Shown here piece by piece: positions 12,907-25,550 of a DNA stretch of 64,000 nt. The stretch comes from Phaeosaccion multiseriatum (Eukaryota > Protista > Ochrophyta, other classes). Numbering within the stretch: position 1 is the stretch's first letter; every line of letters begins with the position of its first letter. The notes below the pieces were generated by a model. The model did no database searches. It saw nothing but the letters and a program-made list of their open reading frames with translations, and was not told the origin of the DNA. The stretch is taken from contig OZ218959.1 of NCBI GenBank assembly GCA_965112735.1, forward strand, positions 3,348,001 through 3,412,000, read 5' to 3'. Both the position numbers and the translations under genes were made by a program.

Positions 12907-14650
12907 TTACGCGAGGCTTTTGAGAGCGCGTTGAGCGGCTCCAATGCTGCAGCACGATGTGTGAAACACGCCGGCCAAGCAGAGCGCCACGCTGGCAATG
13001 GCGGCGGCACTGGGCTCCTTCTCCATGAGCGAGGCGGTGCCGATGGAGTGGGCAGTGGCGCCCATGACCACACCCCTCTCCACGGCCTCCTCCTTGTCCA
13101 CCCCCATGGCGTCCAACGCAGTCTGCCCCAGGGAAGCGCCGTACAGGCCCGTGACGAGGATGGAGGCCACGGCAAGCGCGTCGTTCCCGCCAAGGAGCTG
13201 CGCAGCGGGGATGCCCAGAGAGCTCATGACGCTGCGCTGCGCTAGCGTGATGGACAGCACACTGGGCAGGCCCACCGCCCTGCCGGCCAAGCATGTGCCC
13301 CACAGACTGGCCATGCTGGACACGATGGTTGTGCCCACCAGCGGCACCAGGTTCTTGCGCAGCAGCTCCCTTTGCTGAAACACGCGGAAGCCTAGCGCCG
13401 CACAAGAGGCGTTGAGGAAGCCAAAGAAGAAGTCGCCTGGCCCCGAGGACAGCATGCCGCCCTTACTGAAGTACGCCGACAGCGACCCCGACATGTCCTT
13501 GCCCTCCACCTTTCCGACCACCACAGCCACCACCCCCGTGACCACCGAGGCCGTGAGGAGGGGGTGCAGCACCCGTTTGGTCTTCTTGGGCAAGTTATTC
13601 CCCTCCAGCAGAGCGAGGATGGTGGTGCTGGCGAGGGCCGGGGTGGTGCCGTAAAAGGGAATCAGGAAATAGCCCACGGCTGTTAGCGTTCTCCACCTTT
13701 CCCGCTGCAGGGAAGCCGGTGTGGTGGTGATGGACACTCCTTGGTCTTCTGCTACTTCCGCCACCTCTTCCACGGAGGCCTCCTCCTCCTCCTCCTCCTC
13801 CTCCTCCCATCCGCCCTCTCCCTCCCCGTCCTTCTCCTCCTTTTGCCTGCAGGCTCCGATGAGCTTCTTGGCCACAAGCGTGGTGGACACGAGTGACGCC
13901 GCCCAGCCAGCGACGTGTACTACGCCCATTTTGCGCATGGTTGCGCCATCCATATTGACTTGTCTGTGGGGAATTGGGGGTCGAGGGAAGGAGTGTTAGT
14001 ACGTACTAGGCTATTCAGTGCGCGACTGCTGCTGCTGTCGCTCTAAGCCCAAATCAAACCACTTGCACTTGCCTGAGCGCCAGGGGCAAGACTACCAAAG
14101 GCGGCTGCGAGAGTAGGGTTCACAGGGCGGTAGGGTGTGGGATGTTGACGTTTGGGCTTGGTTGCGGTGCAAAGCGTTTGGGACACTTACCGTGAGATAC
14201 AGCGTCATCCACTTGCCCAGATGATCCACTGCCGGGCGGAACCAGTCGTTCACACGATCTGCCTGCCGCTTGCTCGAGCCTCTCTCGTACAGCTTTGGTG
14301 GGGCACAGGGGAAAGGGGACAAGAGGGTTTGAAACTACGCCTCGTCTCCCTTACGCCTTCGTCCCCAACTGTACCTTGAGCAGCACAAACACGGACACCA
14401 TAGAGGCGAGACTGGACGGGATCTTCAGATTGCACTTTCGAAGCGCAGCAGCCACCACCTTGTCGAACGCGAAGATCAGCCCTGTTCCCACCACCATCTT
14501 GCTGTTGCTGCTTTGGCCGCTGCTGCCATCCTTATTCTCCGACAGCAGCTGCCCCAGCTTCAGCGTAGCTCTTCTCTGGGCGATGACAGCGGCCGCGATG
14601 GCACATATCGCCATCTTCACGCGCACCCCTTGCACAGGAGGATGCGCCAT
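12907..14650 (-). CDS. PLGG1: LrgA/LrgB-domain membrane transporter (PLGG1 glycolate/glycerate transporter-like)
   Basis: LHPLLTAS, GPGDFFFGFLNASCAALGF, LAQRSVMSSLGI and GVVMGATAHSIGTASL match LrgB. The N-terminal exons (KIPSSLASM, WFRPAVDHLGKWMTLYL) match the LrgA part. Confidence 0.8.
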
Positions 14651-14929
14651 CGCAACTCACACTTCCCTCGATTGTTGCTTTTTGATTTTCTGACTTTTAA
14701 CAATCGTTGTCCAAAGGTTTCCGCTTCTCTGATCGCATTAGGACGCCTTGTCTGCGTATTTATTGCAACATTTCCTCTCCAAGGACAACCCGCGACCGTG
14801 CGGCACTTTCCTGCCAAGCCCTCCCCCCCCCTCCCCACTCAGCTGCTCCATATCACGCGTGCGGGCGCGAAGCGACAACCAACCTAGAGTAAGAGGCGGA
14901 CGAAAGCCGGGGGGAAGAGCAGCCTGAAC

Positions 14930-16355
14930 ATGGAGCCGCCAGTGTTCGGGATGGCGCCTGGGGGCACCGGGAACGGGAATATCAATCTGGATGACATCTT
15001 TGGGGGGATTTACTTCACCAGCGAGGGCAGAATGCTAGATGCATCTCAGCAAAGCTCTCTCTCCCTGCTGGGGTCTGGGGGCGATACCCAACAACAACAA
15101 GTGGTGAATGGAATGAGCGACTCTGGGGATGCGACGGCGCCGTCGAAGCAGCTTCCTTTCGGCGTGCTTGTGGGGGACACCGCGGGGGGGGGGGGGATCA
15201 GCTCAACGCTGCAGTCACACTTGGCCAAGCCAGAGTTGGACATGGAGGAGGAGTATGGGCACAGCGGCACGGTGGGCACTGACGGCAGCCGGAAGCGAAA
15301 GATGCCGGCAGAGGTGCTCACGAAGGAGCAAAAGCTAGAGAGACGGTGAGTGAGTGAGTGAGCGGGCTCTGAGGGTGCTCTTCTTTCTTCGATTTTCTCC
15401 CGCTCATTTCAACCACCCAACCAACTGCTTCCCTGACCGCGGCCAAAACCCACAACCCAGAGAGAGAAATCGAGCACATGCCAAGAGGTCACGAGTGCGG
15501 AAAAAGTTCCTGCTGGACTCGCTGCAAAAGTCTGTGACTGCGCTGCAGGACGAGAACGAGGCGCTCAAAGGGTCCATCCGGCAGCACCTGGGCAGCAAGG
15601 GAGACAAGCTTGTGAAGGATTGCGAGTGCACGGGGGCGGACGGCATGGGCGAGGGCACACTAGTCACGCAGAACTCGAGCCAGGCCACCTCCATCCTTGA
15701 CGACCCCGACTACTCCCTCGTCAAGGCCCTGCAGAGCGCGCAGCAGAACTTTGTCATTACGGACGCCTCCTTGCCCGATAACCCCATCGTCTACGCCAGC
15801 GGAGGCTTCCTCACACTCACGGGCTACGGCCGAGAGCATGTGCGTGCGTGTGTCCGTCCTCTCCTTCCTTTCCTCTCTGTATGGTCTCCTCTCGCGTCCA
15901 CCATCCACATACATATACCGACAAGGTACCAACGAAGACCTCCCCTCTTGCTTTGCTTTGCTTTGCAGGTGCTCGGACGGAATTGCCGCTTTCTGCAGGG
16001 ACCAGAGACGGACCCTAGGGCCGTAGACAAAATCAGGGCCGCCGTGGCCAAGGGGGAGGACACAAGCGTGTGCCTCTTGAACTACCGAGCGGATGGGACG
16101 ACATTTTGGAATCAGGTTAGTTAGTCAGACCGCTCTTGTGTCAAGAGGTTGCCTCTTCTTCCACATCGCCATCATCCTTGGCTCAACTCCATCAAACCAC
16201 ATGCCCTCTGTCCTCTCCTTCCCCCCATGCTCCAGTTCTTCGTGGCTGCCTTGCGGGACGGCAACGGAAAGACCGTCAACTTCGTGGGCGTACAGTGCAA
16301 AGTGTCCGAAGAGTACGCCTCCATCGTGGTGCAGAAGCAGCAGAAGGATCTATGA
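14930..16355 (+). CDS. AUREO1: Aureochrome blue-light transcription factor (bZIP-LOV), 4 exons
   Basis: b[28 protein letters not shown] followed by [14 protein letters not shown]...[19 protein letters not shown]...[14 protein letters not shown]...[12 protein letters not shown]...FVGVQC. The photoactive Cys is intact. Confidence 0.95.
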
Positions 16356-16487
16356 GTAGAGGGGGCAGCGGTCCGGAACCAGCGGGCCGGAACTAGTCGG
16401 AACCAACACCAAGAGGATGTAAAATTAACCAACCACCACCGCCACTGTTAAATAAAGTACTACCACATTTGCCCGGAATGAAGCTCG

Positions 16488-19155
16488 TTACATCCTTGAC
16501 GCCTTGAGCATTCCGAAGACGGCCTTGACGCGATCGGTCAGGGTGGGCCCGTACACGACATTCACCATGGCCTTGCCGAACGTCATGCCGCCCGGTGCTA
16601 TGGGGTACTGCAGCAGGCCCGGGATGGTGGTCTGGATCCAAGATGTCTTGTCCACCACCACGGACTTTTGCAGGCAGCATGCGCGGAGGCCCTTGGAAAA
16701 TGGGAAAAGCACACGTGTATGTTATGTGTGTATACACGGTATTTATGTTATGTATGTGTATATGCATGGGAGGGGGGGGGGGGGGGGGGGTGCAGGATCG
16801 TTGAGCGTCAGTGAGGCCTTTCCCTCAGGCCAAGCAAGCAAAGCACACAACGAAACAAGCCACGCAACAACTGTTGCAGCAAGAGACTCACACGCGCCTT
16901 ACCTCGGGTCCTGCGAATCGATCGAAGCCCGAGTGCTTGACGCCTCCGAAGGGCAGGCTCTGCACAAGGTAGTTGACGCCGAAGTCGTTCACCGTGGTCA
17001 TGCCGCAGCGTATTCGCTCCCCCAGTAGCGTGGCCCTCTTTTGGTTGGAGCTGAACACGCTGCTGCCGAGGCCGTAGTCGCTGCTATTCACCATGGCAAG
17101 GCAGTCTTCGTCGCTGTTGCCTTCCACCTGCGAGAGACCGAGAGACAGGTACGTTATAGCAAAATAGTCAGCTCACGACCCTATCTGTCTCTGCCTACCA
17201 TCACTCTCCTCTGTACCCTCTCCCGTCCCATCAAGGCCACTATCCTCTATGCTCTCAGACTGTCTCCTCTACCTTGATGATGGTCATGACTGGCCCGAAC
17301 ACCTCCTCGTTGGCAATGCGCATGTCGTGCGTAACATCCGCCAGCACCGTGGGCTCGTAGAAGAGCCCCTTGGGCAGGTTCGCGTTGCGCTTGCCTCCCG
17401 TCAGGAGACGCGCCCCCTTCTTGACAGCGTCGTCCACCAAGCGCTGCACAATGTCGAGCTGACCAGGCATCACCATAGCCCCACAGTCCACGGGCTCAAC
17501 GCCCAGGGCGGGTCCCTGCCGCCAGCCGGAGTGGTAGGTACATTCAGTCGGTCAATCGGTCTATCCGCCCCTGGGACGATTGCACACTCGCCCTCTCTCT
17601 CCCTCCCTCCCTCCCTCGCTCACCTGCCTGAGGCCCTTCACTTGGGCGGTGGCGGCGGCGACAAACTCGTCATATACGCCCTCGTACACGTACATCCGCT
17701 CGACCCCGCAGCAGTTCTGCCCGCAGTTCTGATACACGCCGCGCATGACCATCGGCAGCACTCCCTTCACACTCACATCTTCGCAGAGAATCTGTGTGGT
17801 ATTTTATTTGCCAGCAGGAAACAAAGGGGAGGGTGTCAAAGAAAAGCCTGCTGCGCGAAACACAACGACCTACGCACAGACAATTGCACGCTCACTCACG
17901 CTCACTCACTCCCTCCCTCACCATTGGGTCCTTTCCTCCGAGCTCCAAGATGACGGGCTTGAGGTGGGGCGCGGCCCCCTCCATCACCTTCTTGCCAATC
18001 TCAGGGGAGCCCGTGAAGATCACCTTGTCTACATCTGGACAGGCGACCAGCGCGGCACCCGCCTCGCCAAAGCCCGTGACGATCTGGCACAGCTCGGGGT
18101 CATGGCCGCACTGCAGGAGCACTTCACGCATGATGGCTCCAAAGTAGCGGCTGCTCCAGCAAGTGTACTCAGAGACCTGGGGTGGAGGGGTACACGAGAT
18201 ACGGACGGGATGTTTGCATGCCTTGTTGGACATGTATTGGGTGGGATTCCGTGCAAGCTTCTCTTTTCTTCTCTTGGTCGCTTCACATCAATCACCCACC
18301 ACCCCCCCTACGCGCGCACCTTGCTCACGACAGCGTTTCCCGCGAATATGCCCGAGATTACGTGATTGTAGACATTGTGGAAAGGGTAGTTCCACGGCGC
18401 GATGACGCCCAGCACGCCGAGCGGCTGGTACTCTACAGTGGCATTCTTGTGCACCATGAGAGGGCCGGTCGGCCGGGACTCGGGGCGGAGCCAAGCCTCC
18501 CCGTTGGCCATGATACATCGGATCTTCTCGCAGGTGGTAATGACCTCGCCGAGCAGGGCATCCAGCTCTGCGCACAGGTGGTGATGGAAGGTGAGCTTCT
18601 TGCTCGTATAATCGCCTCTGCATATTGCAGAAAAGGCACTTACTGGGCTTGCCGGAGTCCCTGGAGGCCACCCTGCAAATGTCGTCTTGGTGCGACAAGA
18701 TGTAGTTCTGCAGGCACTGCAGCACGCGCTTTCGCTCCTTGAAGCTAGTCAGACACCACTTGGCCTGCGCAGCTTTGGCCTTGCCCACCACCTCCTCCAC
18801 CCTGGCCTTGGTCATGGCCTCCACCTGCCCCAGCCTCTGGAGCGTGGCTGGGTCATAGCACTGGATGAAGCCCGGAATCTCGTAGTCCTTCAGCGCCATC
18901 TGCGGGCACGACGGCCCGGAGAGCGCGTCATCGCTCACCTCCGCTGCAAAGCAAGAGTTGGGGCGCGTCATGAGCAGTGGCTTGGGACTTGTTTTGGTGG
19001 GAAACGTGGCCGAGCTTACCTCCTTCCAACGGCACAGAAATGCTGGGAGCTGAGGGTGGGGAGAGCAGCAGCCACGTGCACAAGACCACTCCGGCGGCAA
19101 TGACCACCGCAAGCGCCCCCCCTGAGGGCACAGCGTCGGCCACCCAGGCCAGCAT
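16488..19155 (-). CDS. ALDH22: Aldehyde dehydrogenase family 22-like, N-terminal membrane anchor
   Basis: N-terminal TM helix. Motifs IQCYDPAT, PLGVLGVIAPWNYPFHN, FTGSPEIG, ILELGGKD, QNCGQNCCGVER, EEVFGPV and LPFGGVKHSGFDRFAGPEGLR. Confidence 0.88.
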
Positions 19156-19333
19156 CTTCTTTTTTATGGATATCAAAATATGAGACGTCAACACTCGCCA
19201 AGTCGGATCACCAATACACGCACTTGGCGAGCAGTTGGCCGCCGGGCCTTTTTTTTTCTTTAGAACTCCTTCATGTAACACACAGGGTGCACAAGAAAAG
19301 CTCCAAGACCCAGCAGGAGCAGGGTAGCGTGGC
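19156..19333. promoter_or_regulatory. Putative bidirectional promoter (ALDH22/BBS7) with a 10-bp inverted repeat
   Basis: 178 bp separate the divergent ATGs. The inverted repeat is ctcgccaagt (19194-19203) N18 acttggcgag (19222-19231). Confidence 0.5.
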
Positions 19334-20520
19334 ATGTCCATGTCTCTGTATAGGCAAGACCTATGTCAGGTGCGAAGAAAGCAAAGCAGACCATTTTTTT
19401 ATACTGTGCTGACCGTCGCTCCCCGGTCGTCAGGTCTCTACGACGTCGCACACAGGGACGTTGTCGCTGGTGCCCTCCAAGAAGAACAAGCAGAAGATTG
19501 TGGTGGGAGACGACGAGGGTGTTGTCCGCTGCTTCGAGGTGAAGAGGGGCGATGTCTCCACCGTGTTCAAGAACACCGAGTTCCAAGGTTGGTTCTCCAA
19601 GGCCTACCGCGTGCTCGCTCGTTTACGGGGGTTGCTGCAACTGCTGCTGCTTTAACTTGCAATGCTGCGGCTGGTACCGCTGCTTATCATGTTCTTTCTT
19701 GTCCGGCAGGCGAAATGATTACGGCGCTCTCAATGGGAGGATCCGACGTGGAGGAGCAGAAGGACAAAATCTTCACTACGCAGGTGCGTCTTCTCCTCTT
19801 GACAATCAGGGCACCCCGCCTGGCCTAACATGCGTTTTGTGTGTGTGCAGGGCCAGCATATCCTCGGCATTTCCAAAAAGGGCAAGGCCTTCTTCAAGCT
19901 AACCAGGTGAGGGAGCGCCTGACGGAGAGGCTCTTGATCAAGCTACATTTCCCTTGGAATCTCCTCCCGAAATGCTTTTGAAATCGAGGCAGCAACCTCA
20001 TTGCAACGGTGCTTACAGTGTACATCGCCTCACAGTGCGCGAGATATGTGTCTGCCATACACTGTCTCATAATCTGTCGACGCCCCTCAAGCTTTCGGTC
20101 ACTGAAGAGATACCTCACCCGCCTAGAACACCCCCCCCCCAAAAAACGCAGTACTCTATCGGAGACGATTCAGCACCTGCACGCCGGGGAGACACGCATC
20201 TGGACGGGGGCAGACTTCATCGCTAACCTCTACGACGACGGAAAGGTCAGCAGCAGCCAAGCCAAGCCGGGCCTCACGCATTCGCTCAACGGACGATAGT
20301 AACCCAAATCTGTTCTCGCCCCTCTCCCTGTTGTCGTCCCGCTCTTTGTCGCCGCGCTCTGCTGTGGTCTGTGTTCTGTGGTCTGTGGTCTGTGTTCCGT
20401 GGTCTGTGGCCCGTGGTCAGGACGCGGCGTTCTACATGTGCCCTGACCGCATCAACGCTCTAGACCTGCTGCACTTCGGGAGGGGGGGGCACGGGAAGGC
20501 GGTGCTTGGCTGCCAGGTAC

Positions 20521-20568
<48 letters not shown>

Positions 20569-23500
20569 AAGAGAGATGCAGATAGGCAGACAGACAGACA
20601 GACAGAGAGAGAGTAGGGCGGGGGCGAGGCGGAGGCCGAGGAGAGTGCAAAGACGAAGCTTAAGTAAGTTAAGTAACCCGCCGCGACCAACGCACCCCCC
20701 CCCTCCTTGCAGGACCGCTGCGTGCGAGCCATCGACATGTCCGACGTGATGACAGAGGTGCCCGTGGGAGGGGCGGTGGGTGCCGTCAAGGTGCTAGGAG
20801 GAGGAGGAGGAGGAGGAGGAGGTGAGTGTCGTTGGGGCTCTCCCTTCAGATGCATGCCGCAAGACTTGTGCTATTGTCGTGTTGTGTGGCTGACTTGGCT
20901 TACTGTGTATCGTATCAGGTGGTGCAGGGGGTGAGGACGGCGTGCTGTACGCAACAGATATGGGTACGGTGGGGCAGCTGCGCGTAGTGGACGAGCAGAG
21001 CGGATGGCTGCAGAAGGACTGGGAGGTGCAGACAGGGGGCAAGGGGGGGAGGCCCCAGGGGGGTGGGGTGAATGCGCTGCAGTCGTTCGACTTGACCGGG
21101 GACGGTGTACAGGACGTCATTTTGGGCCGCGACGACGGACGAATGCAGGTCAGTCAGTCAGTCACTCCTTTCCTCAGTCCGTCTGTCGGGCCGTTAGTCA
21201 GTCAGTCCTTCCGTCAGTCCATCAGTCAGTCAGTCAGCCAGTCCTTCCGTCAGTCAATCAGTCAGTCAGTCAGTCCTTCCGTCAGTCCGTCCGTCGGTCC
21301 GTCAGTCAGTCAGTCTCAGTTTGTCTTCCGTCAGTGCGTCAGTCGTTCCATCTCTCGGTGGAGCTCGCTCGACCCCCCCCTTGTTTTCCGCTCTCTATCT
21401 CTCACTCTCTGAGTCTAAGTCTCCCTTGTGGCTGCTTGCAGGTACTCGGCCGGGGAGCTGTGGGGCTAGACGGGTCTGCGGGGCCCTCTTCTTCTTCTTC
21501 GGACCCAGCGCTGCGCTTTGAAGAGTCCATCGGGGAGAGTATTCGCTCCGTAGCGGCGGGGGTCGTCAGCTCCTCCAACTTCGCCGAGGTGCGGGGCGGG
21601 GCGGCGCTGCTGTCACTGCTGCTATCACGTATGCTGCTGTCACATCAAGCCCCTCAGAAACACCTTGTGCCCTGCTATCACGTATGCTGCTGTCACATCA
21701 AGCCCCTCAGAAACACCTTGCACCCTCAGCCTTGCACTGCCAACCCTCTCCGTCTGTCTGCTGGCTGTCTGTGTGTGCCTGTGTGTATCTGTCTGCCTGT
21801 CTGTCTGTCTGTCCATCTGTCTGCCTGCCTATCTATTTTATCTGTCTGTCTGTCTGTCTGTCTGTTTTATCTGCCTGTCTGTCTCTCTGTCTGCCTGCCC
21901 GTCTGTCCCTCTCTCTCTCTCTCTGTGTGTGTGAAGGTGGTGTGTTGTTCCTACTCAGGCAAGGTCATGTCCTTCACCACAGAGCCATTGGGGCAGGCAG
22001 GGGGGGGTAGCGGGGCCGTGGGGGGGGGGGGAGGGGGTAAGGCACAAGGTGTGGTCCAGAACGAGCTCAAGGTTGCCACGCTCACCAAGGAGATTAAGGC
22101 CCTGCAGGCAAGTCGAGGGAGCGAGGGGGGGGGGGGGGGGGAGGGAGGGAGGGAGGGAGGGAGGGAGGGAGGGAGGGAGGGAGGGAGGGAAGGCGAGGGA
22201 GCGAGGGAGGGAGGGAGGGAGGGAGGGAGGGAGGGAGGGAGGGAGGGAGGGAGAGAGAGAGGGCGGGAAGAGGAGTGGAAAGAGGGAATAGATAGAGAGG
22301 AAAGAAAACCTCTCATCTTTGCTAATGTGAAGTCGGAGAGAAACGAAACTCCTGCCCTCGGCCTTCTCGCTGAATGAATGCATGCACAGGCGAGGCTGGA
22401 GAAGGAGGAGGCCCGCCTGTCTGAAGCAGCGCACGGTCAAGACGAAGACGACGCTCCTGCCAGTTGGGGGGGGGCGGGCAGCTTCGTGCCCATGCCGGAA
22501 CAGTTCAAGGTGCGGGCATGGCATGTTCACGTCATAGTCTTCCGTCATTTGTCATTTGCAGACACATGTGGTCCGTCGCCCACGCTCGTATTCCTCCCAC
22601 ATGCTTCCCCCCCACCCCAACGAAGGTGATTTCCACGTGCGCTCTGGACCCCGTGTCTGCTGCGTATCACATCTGCCTGGAGGCGCCCGTCCCGCTGGAC
22701 CTTGCCGTGCTCAAGAGTCCCGTGCATCTCGATCTGCTGGATGTAACTGACAACAGGTAGGGGAGGGAGGGAGAGAGGGAGGGAGGGAGGGAGGGAGGGA
22801 GGGAAGGAGAGGAAGAGAGGGTAGGTGGTACGGCAGCTTAGTCTTGCCCCCCTGCACGAGCCCTGAAATCTCTCTCACTCTCTCTCTGCAGGGAAGGGGA
22901 CGGGGCTGGCAGCGAAGGCACATCGAGCACCATCACAAGCATCAGCCCTCCCGACCCCGCCAATGGCACGGCCACGCTGGCCACCTACCGCTGCCAGGAG
23001 GACACCACCCGCCTCGTCATCAAGGTCAGTCAATCAGTCAGTCTGTCAGTCCGTCTGTCAGTCCGTCTGTCAGTCAGTCTGCCAGCCAGTCAGTCAGTCA
23101 GTCCCGCCCACCCCACCCTCCACCTGAGTCTGCAGCAGTGTCTGCAGCAGAGCGATGCAGAGGTATCTAGAGCCTCTCCCCTCCCAACCCCGTTATGCCA
23201 AGTGCTGACCTTCCTCTCCCCCGCCCCGCCCCCTGTATACCCCATACATACAAACGTACGTACGCACTTATGTGCAGGCTCGAACGACGGAAGGGGATTA
23301 CGGGGACGTAACCGTGGCGGTGGTGGCACGAACGAAACCGTCAAAGAGCGCCTCTGTACTGCGATTCAAGATGAAACCTCTGTCCCTGCACCACCGCCTA
23401 CACCTGCACCCGGGCAGCAGTGGTGGTGGTGGTGGTGGTGGTGGTGGTGGTAGTGGTAGTGGTAGCGGTAGCGATGCCTCGGGAGGGGCGGGAGGGGACG

Positions 23501-24905
23501 CACTCGAGGACATGATGCAGACGCCCATGAACGTACTGCACCTCACGGGCAAGTTCCCCCTCAACGTGATGCACGACTGGATAGGAACCTGTCTACCCGA
23601 CGTGCCGGCAAGGGTGAGTGGCGTTGGAGTACAGCATAGAGTAGAGCAGAGTAGAGTCGATAGAGAGAGATTGGAGCAGAGCCCAGGATAGCCCCCCCCT
23701 CCCTCCTGCCCTCTTCGCTCACTCACGGGTCACGCTTTTTGCTGTTTGTTGACCGTTTGTGACCGTTGGTTGGCTGTGACCTTGGCTGTGACCTTGGCTG
23801 TGACCTTGGCTGTGACCTTGGCAGGCGCAAGAGGAGTCCATGACTTTGTACTTCCAAAACGTGTTCAGCAAGTCCATGCTGCGCTGCGAGTACCGCAAGG
23901 GAGAGGCCATCATCGCCTCCAACTCCGTCAGCACCATCGCCATCATGAAGGAGGTCATCGTCAATGAGGCCACGGTAAGCCCATGTCCATCAATGCCAAG
24001 CCATCATGCCACGCTTATCTGAGCTTCGGGCAACAACAAGTACCCGTACTTTTTGTGTAGCTCCGAAGCGTCTGATCCATCTTGTCTATCTATTCTACAC
24101 TCACACTCACCCTCCTCCCCCATGTACGAACACGTTCCGCCTCTCACGTAGAGTCGCCGCATCCAGCTGTCGGACCGCTTCGAGCTGAGCCCAGCAAGCC
24201 TGCCCTACTTCCTCGGCCTCGTGCAGCCCCTCCTGCAGGCCCAGGCCAACATCGCCAGGCAGATCCTTCTGCTCGATGCCATCAAGGAGATAGCAATGGC
24301 CGAGCAGCAGGGGCAGCAGGGGCAGCAGGGGCGGGAGGGGGCGGAGAGCATCCCTCCTTGGCTCTCCCCCGACTTGGCCGAGGCGCTGCAGAACGCAGAC
24401 GCCATCCGCGCGGCCTTCAAGGAGCGACCGAGGGCATTGGAGTACCTGTCAGGCCTTATTACGGACCTCTTCGTGGACTGGCACAAGTTCAACGGTGAGT
24501 GAATGAGTGAGTGAGTGAGTGAATGAGTGAGTGAATGAGTGAGTGAGTGAGTGAGTGAGTGAGTGAGCGAGTGAGTGAGTGAGTGAGTGAGTGAGTGAGT
24601 GAGTGAGTGAGTGAGTGAGCGAGTGAGTAAGTCCCGTACCCTGAGTCGTTTGGGTCTGTCATTATGTCTGCCTTGTCTTCCCTCCCGATGTGCGCATAAC
24701 TGCCACCTAATTACTCACTTCCTCACTTCCTCACTTCCTCGTATGCTTTCTCCATCCTTCCTCCCTTTCTCCCTTCCTTCCTTGCCTCCTTCGTCCCTCA
24801 GGCAACGACGTGCGGCAGCTGATTCCAGAGCTGCACCAGCTACTCTCCACTACCACCGACCCCCTGGACATAGAAGCGTTCTTCCTGGAGAGAAGGGCCT
24901 CGTAA
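19334..24905 (+). CDS. BBS7: Bardet-Biedl syndrome 7 protein (BBSome subunit), about 16 introns
   Basis: QKIVVGDDEGVVRCFEVKRGD, ILGISKKGKAFFKL, AVLGCQDRCVR, FDLTGDGVQDVILGRDDG, VCCSYSGKV, KMKPLSLHHRLH and LEYLSGLITDLFVDWHKFNG. Stop TAA at 24903-24905. Confidence 0.92.
21149..21343 (+). repeat. Degenerate (GTCA)n array starting at a BBS7 5' splice site
   Basis: CAG|GTCAGTCAGTCAGTCA... Confidence 0.9.
21619..21725. repeat. 53-bp tandem duplication in a BBS7 intron
   Basis: ctgctatcacgtatgctgctgtcacatcaagcccctcagaaacaccttg occurs at 21619 and 21672. Confidence 0.9.
22140..22255. repeat. (GGGA)n polypurine tract, intronic
   Basis: Direct observation. Confidence 0.9.
24495..24629 (+). repeat. 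(GTGA)n array starting at the 5' splice site of the last BBS7 intron
   Basis: AACG|GTGAGTGAATGAGTGA..., about 33 units. Confidence 0.95.
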
Positions 24906-25149
24906 TTCATACAATATGCACATACATAATATGGCCATGGATGGATTCTCTTATGACACTATATAGACCATGCGTCACCCCAGCAACTCCTCCTCTGCTG
25001 CCTCTGCTGCACCGACCAACTATCGTACAACCAACTACCGTACATCGGCCCTCGCCACGAGGGAGGCCACCTCCTGCAGCACGACAGCGCTGAGGTCCCT
25101 CTGAGACAACTTCAGCCACCCCTTCCTCGCCAAAGACAAGGTCCATGCC

Positions 25150-25495
25150 CCGCATCAGGTCCAACGCGCTTCGTGACGCAAAGAGCTCCTGTGTGTCCAT
25201 GACCTTCGTTCACTAGTCGTGCTCTTGTCAGAGCCTTTGCCAGTGAGGCCCCTCCTGAGAGCAGCTCCAGCGCCGCCCCGCTGTGGCCCAGGAGTGCCGC
25301 ACAAGTCAAGGGCGGTGCACACTCTCCAGCGCTGCCAAAGCCCTCCTGTCGGAATTCGCTCCCTCAGACAAGAACGCGGCCACCACGGCTTTATGGCTAT
25401 GGCCTGAAAAAGCAGCGAGATGCAAGGGTGCACGTCCGCGCAAGTCGGCTCCGCGTACGTACGCAAGAAGTGCCACTGCGCTCGTCTCGTCCTGT
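25150..25495 (-). pseudogene. Frameshifted ankyrin-repeat remnant
   Basis: GADLRGRAPLHLAAFSGHSHKAVVAAFLSEGAN in one frame and PLTCAALLGHSGAALELLSGGASL in another. There is no start codon, and it lies past the ABC1K stop. Confidence 0.5.
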
Positions 25496-25550
25496 TTATA
25501 TATATATATATAACTGTCTCTTCCTTTTGCCTCGTCTCTCTCGTCTCTAT

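Noticed and set aside
19185-19190. TGACGT (aureochrome-type site) upstream of ALDH22
   Set aside because: A single hexamer is expected by chance many times in 64 kb.
21004-22377. 457-aa ORF that looks like a separate gene
   Set aside because: It is read-through of BBS7 exons and repeat-rich introns.
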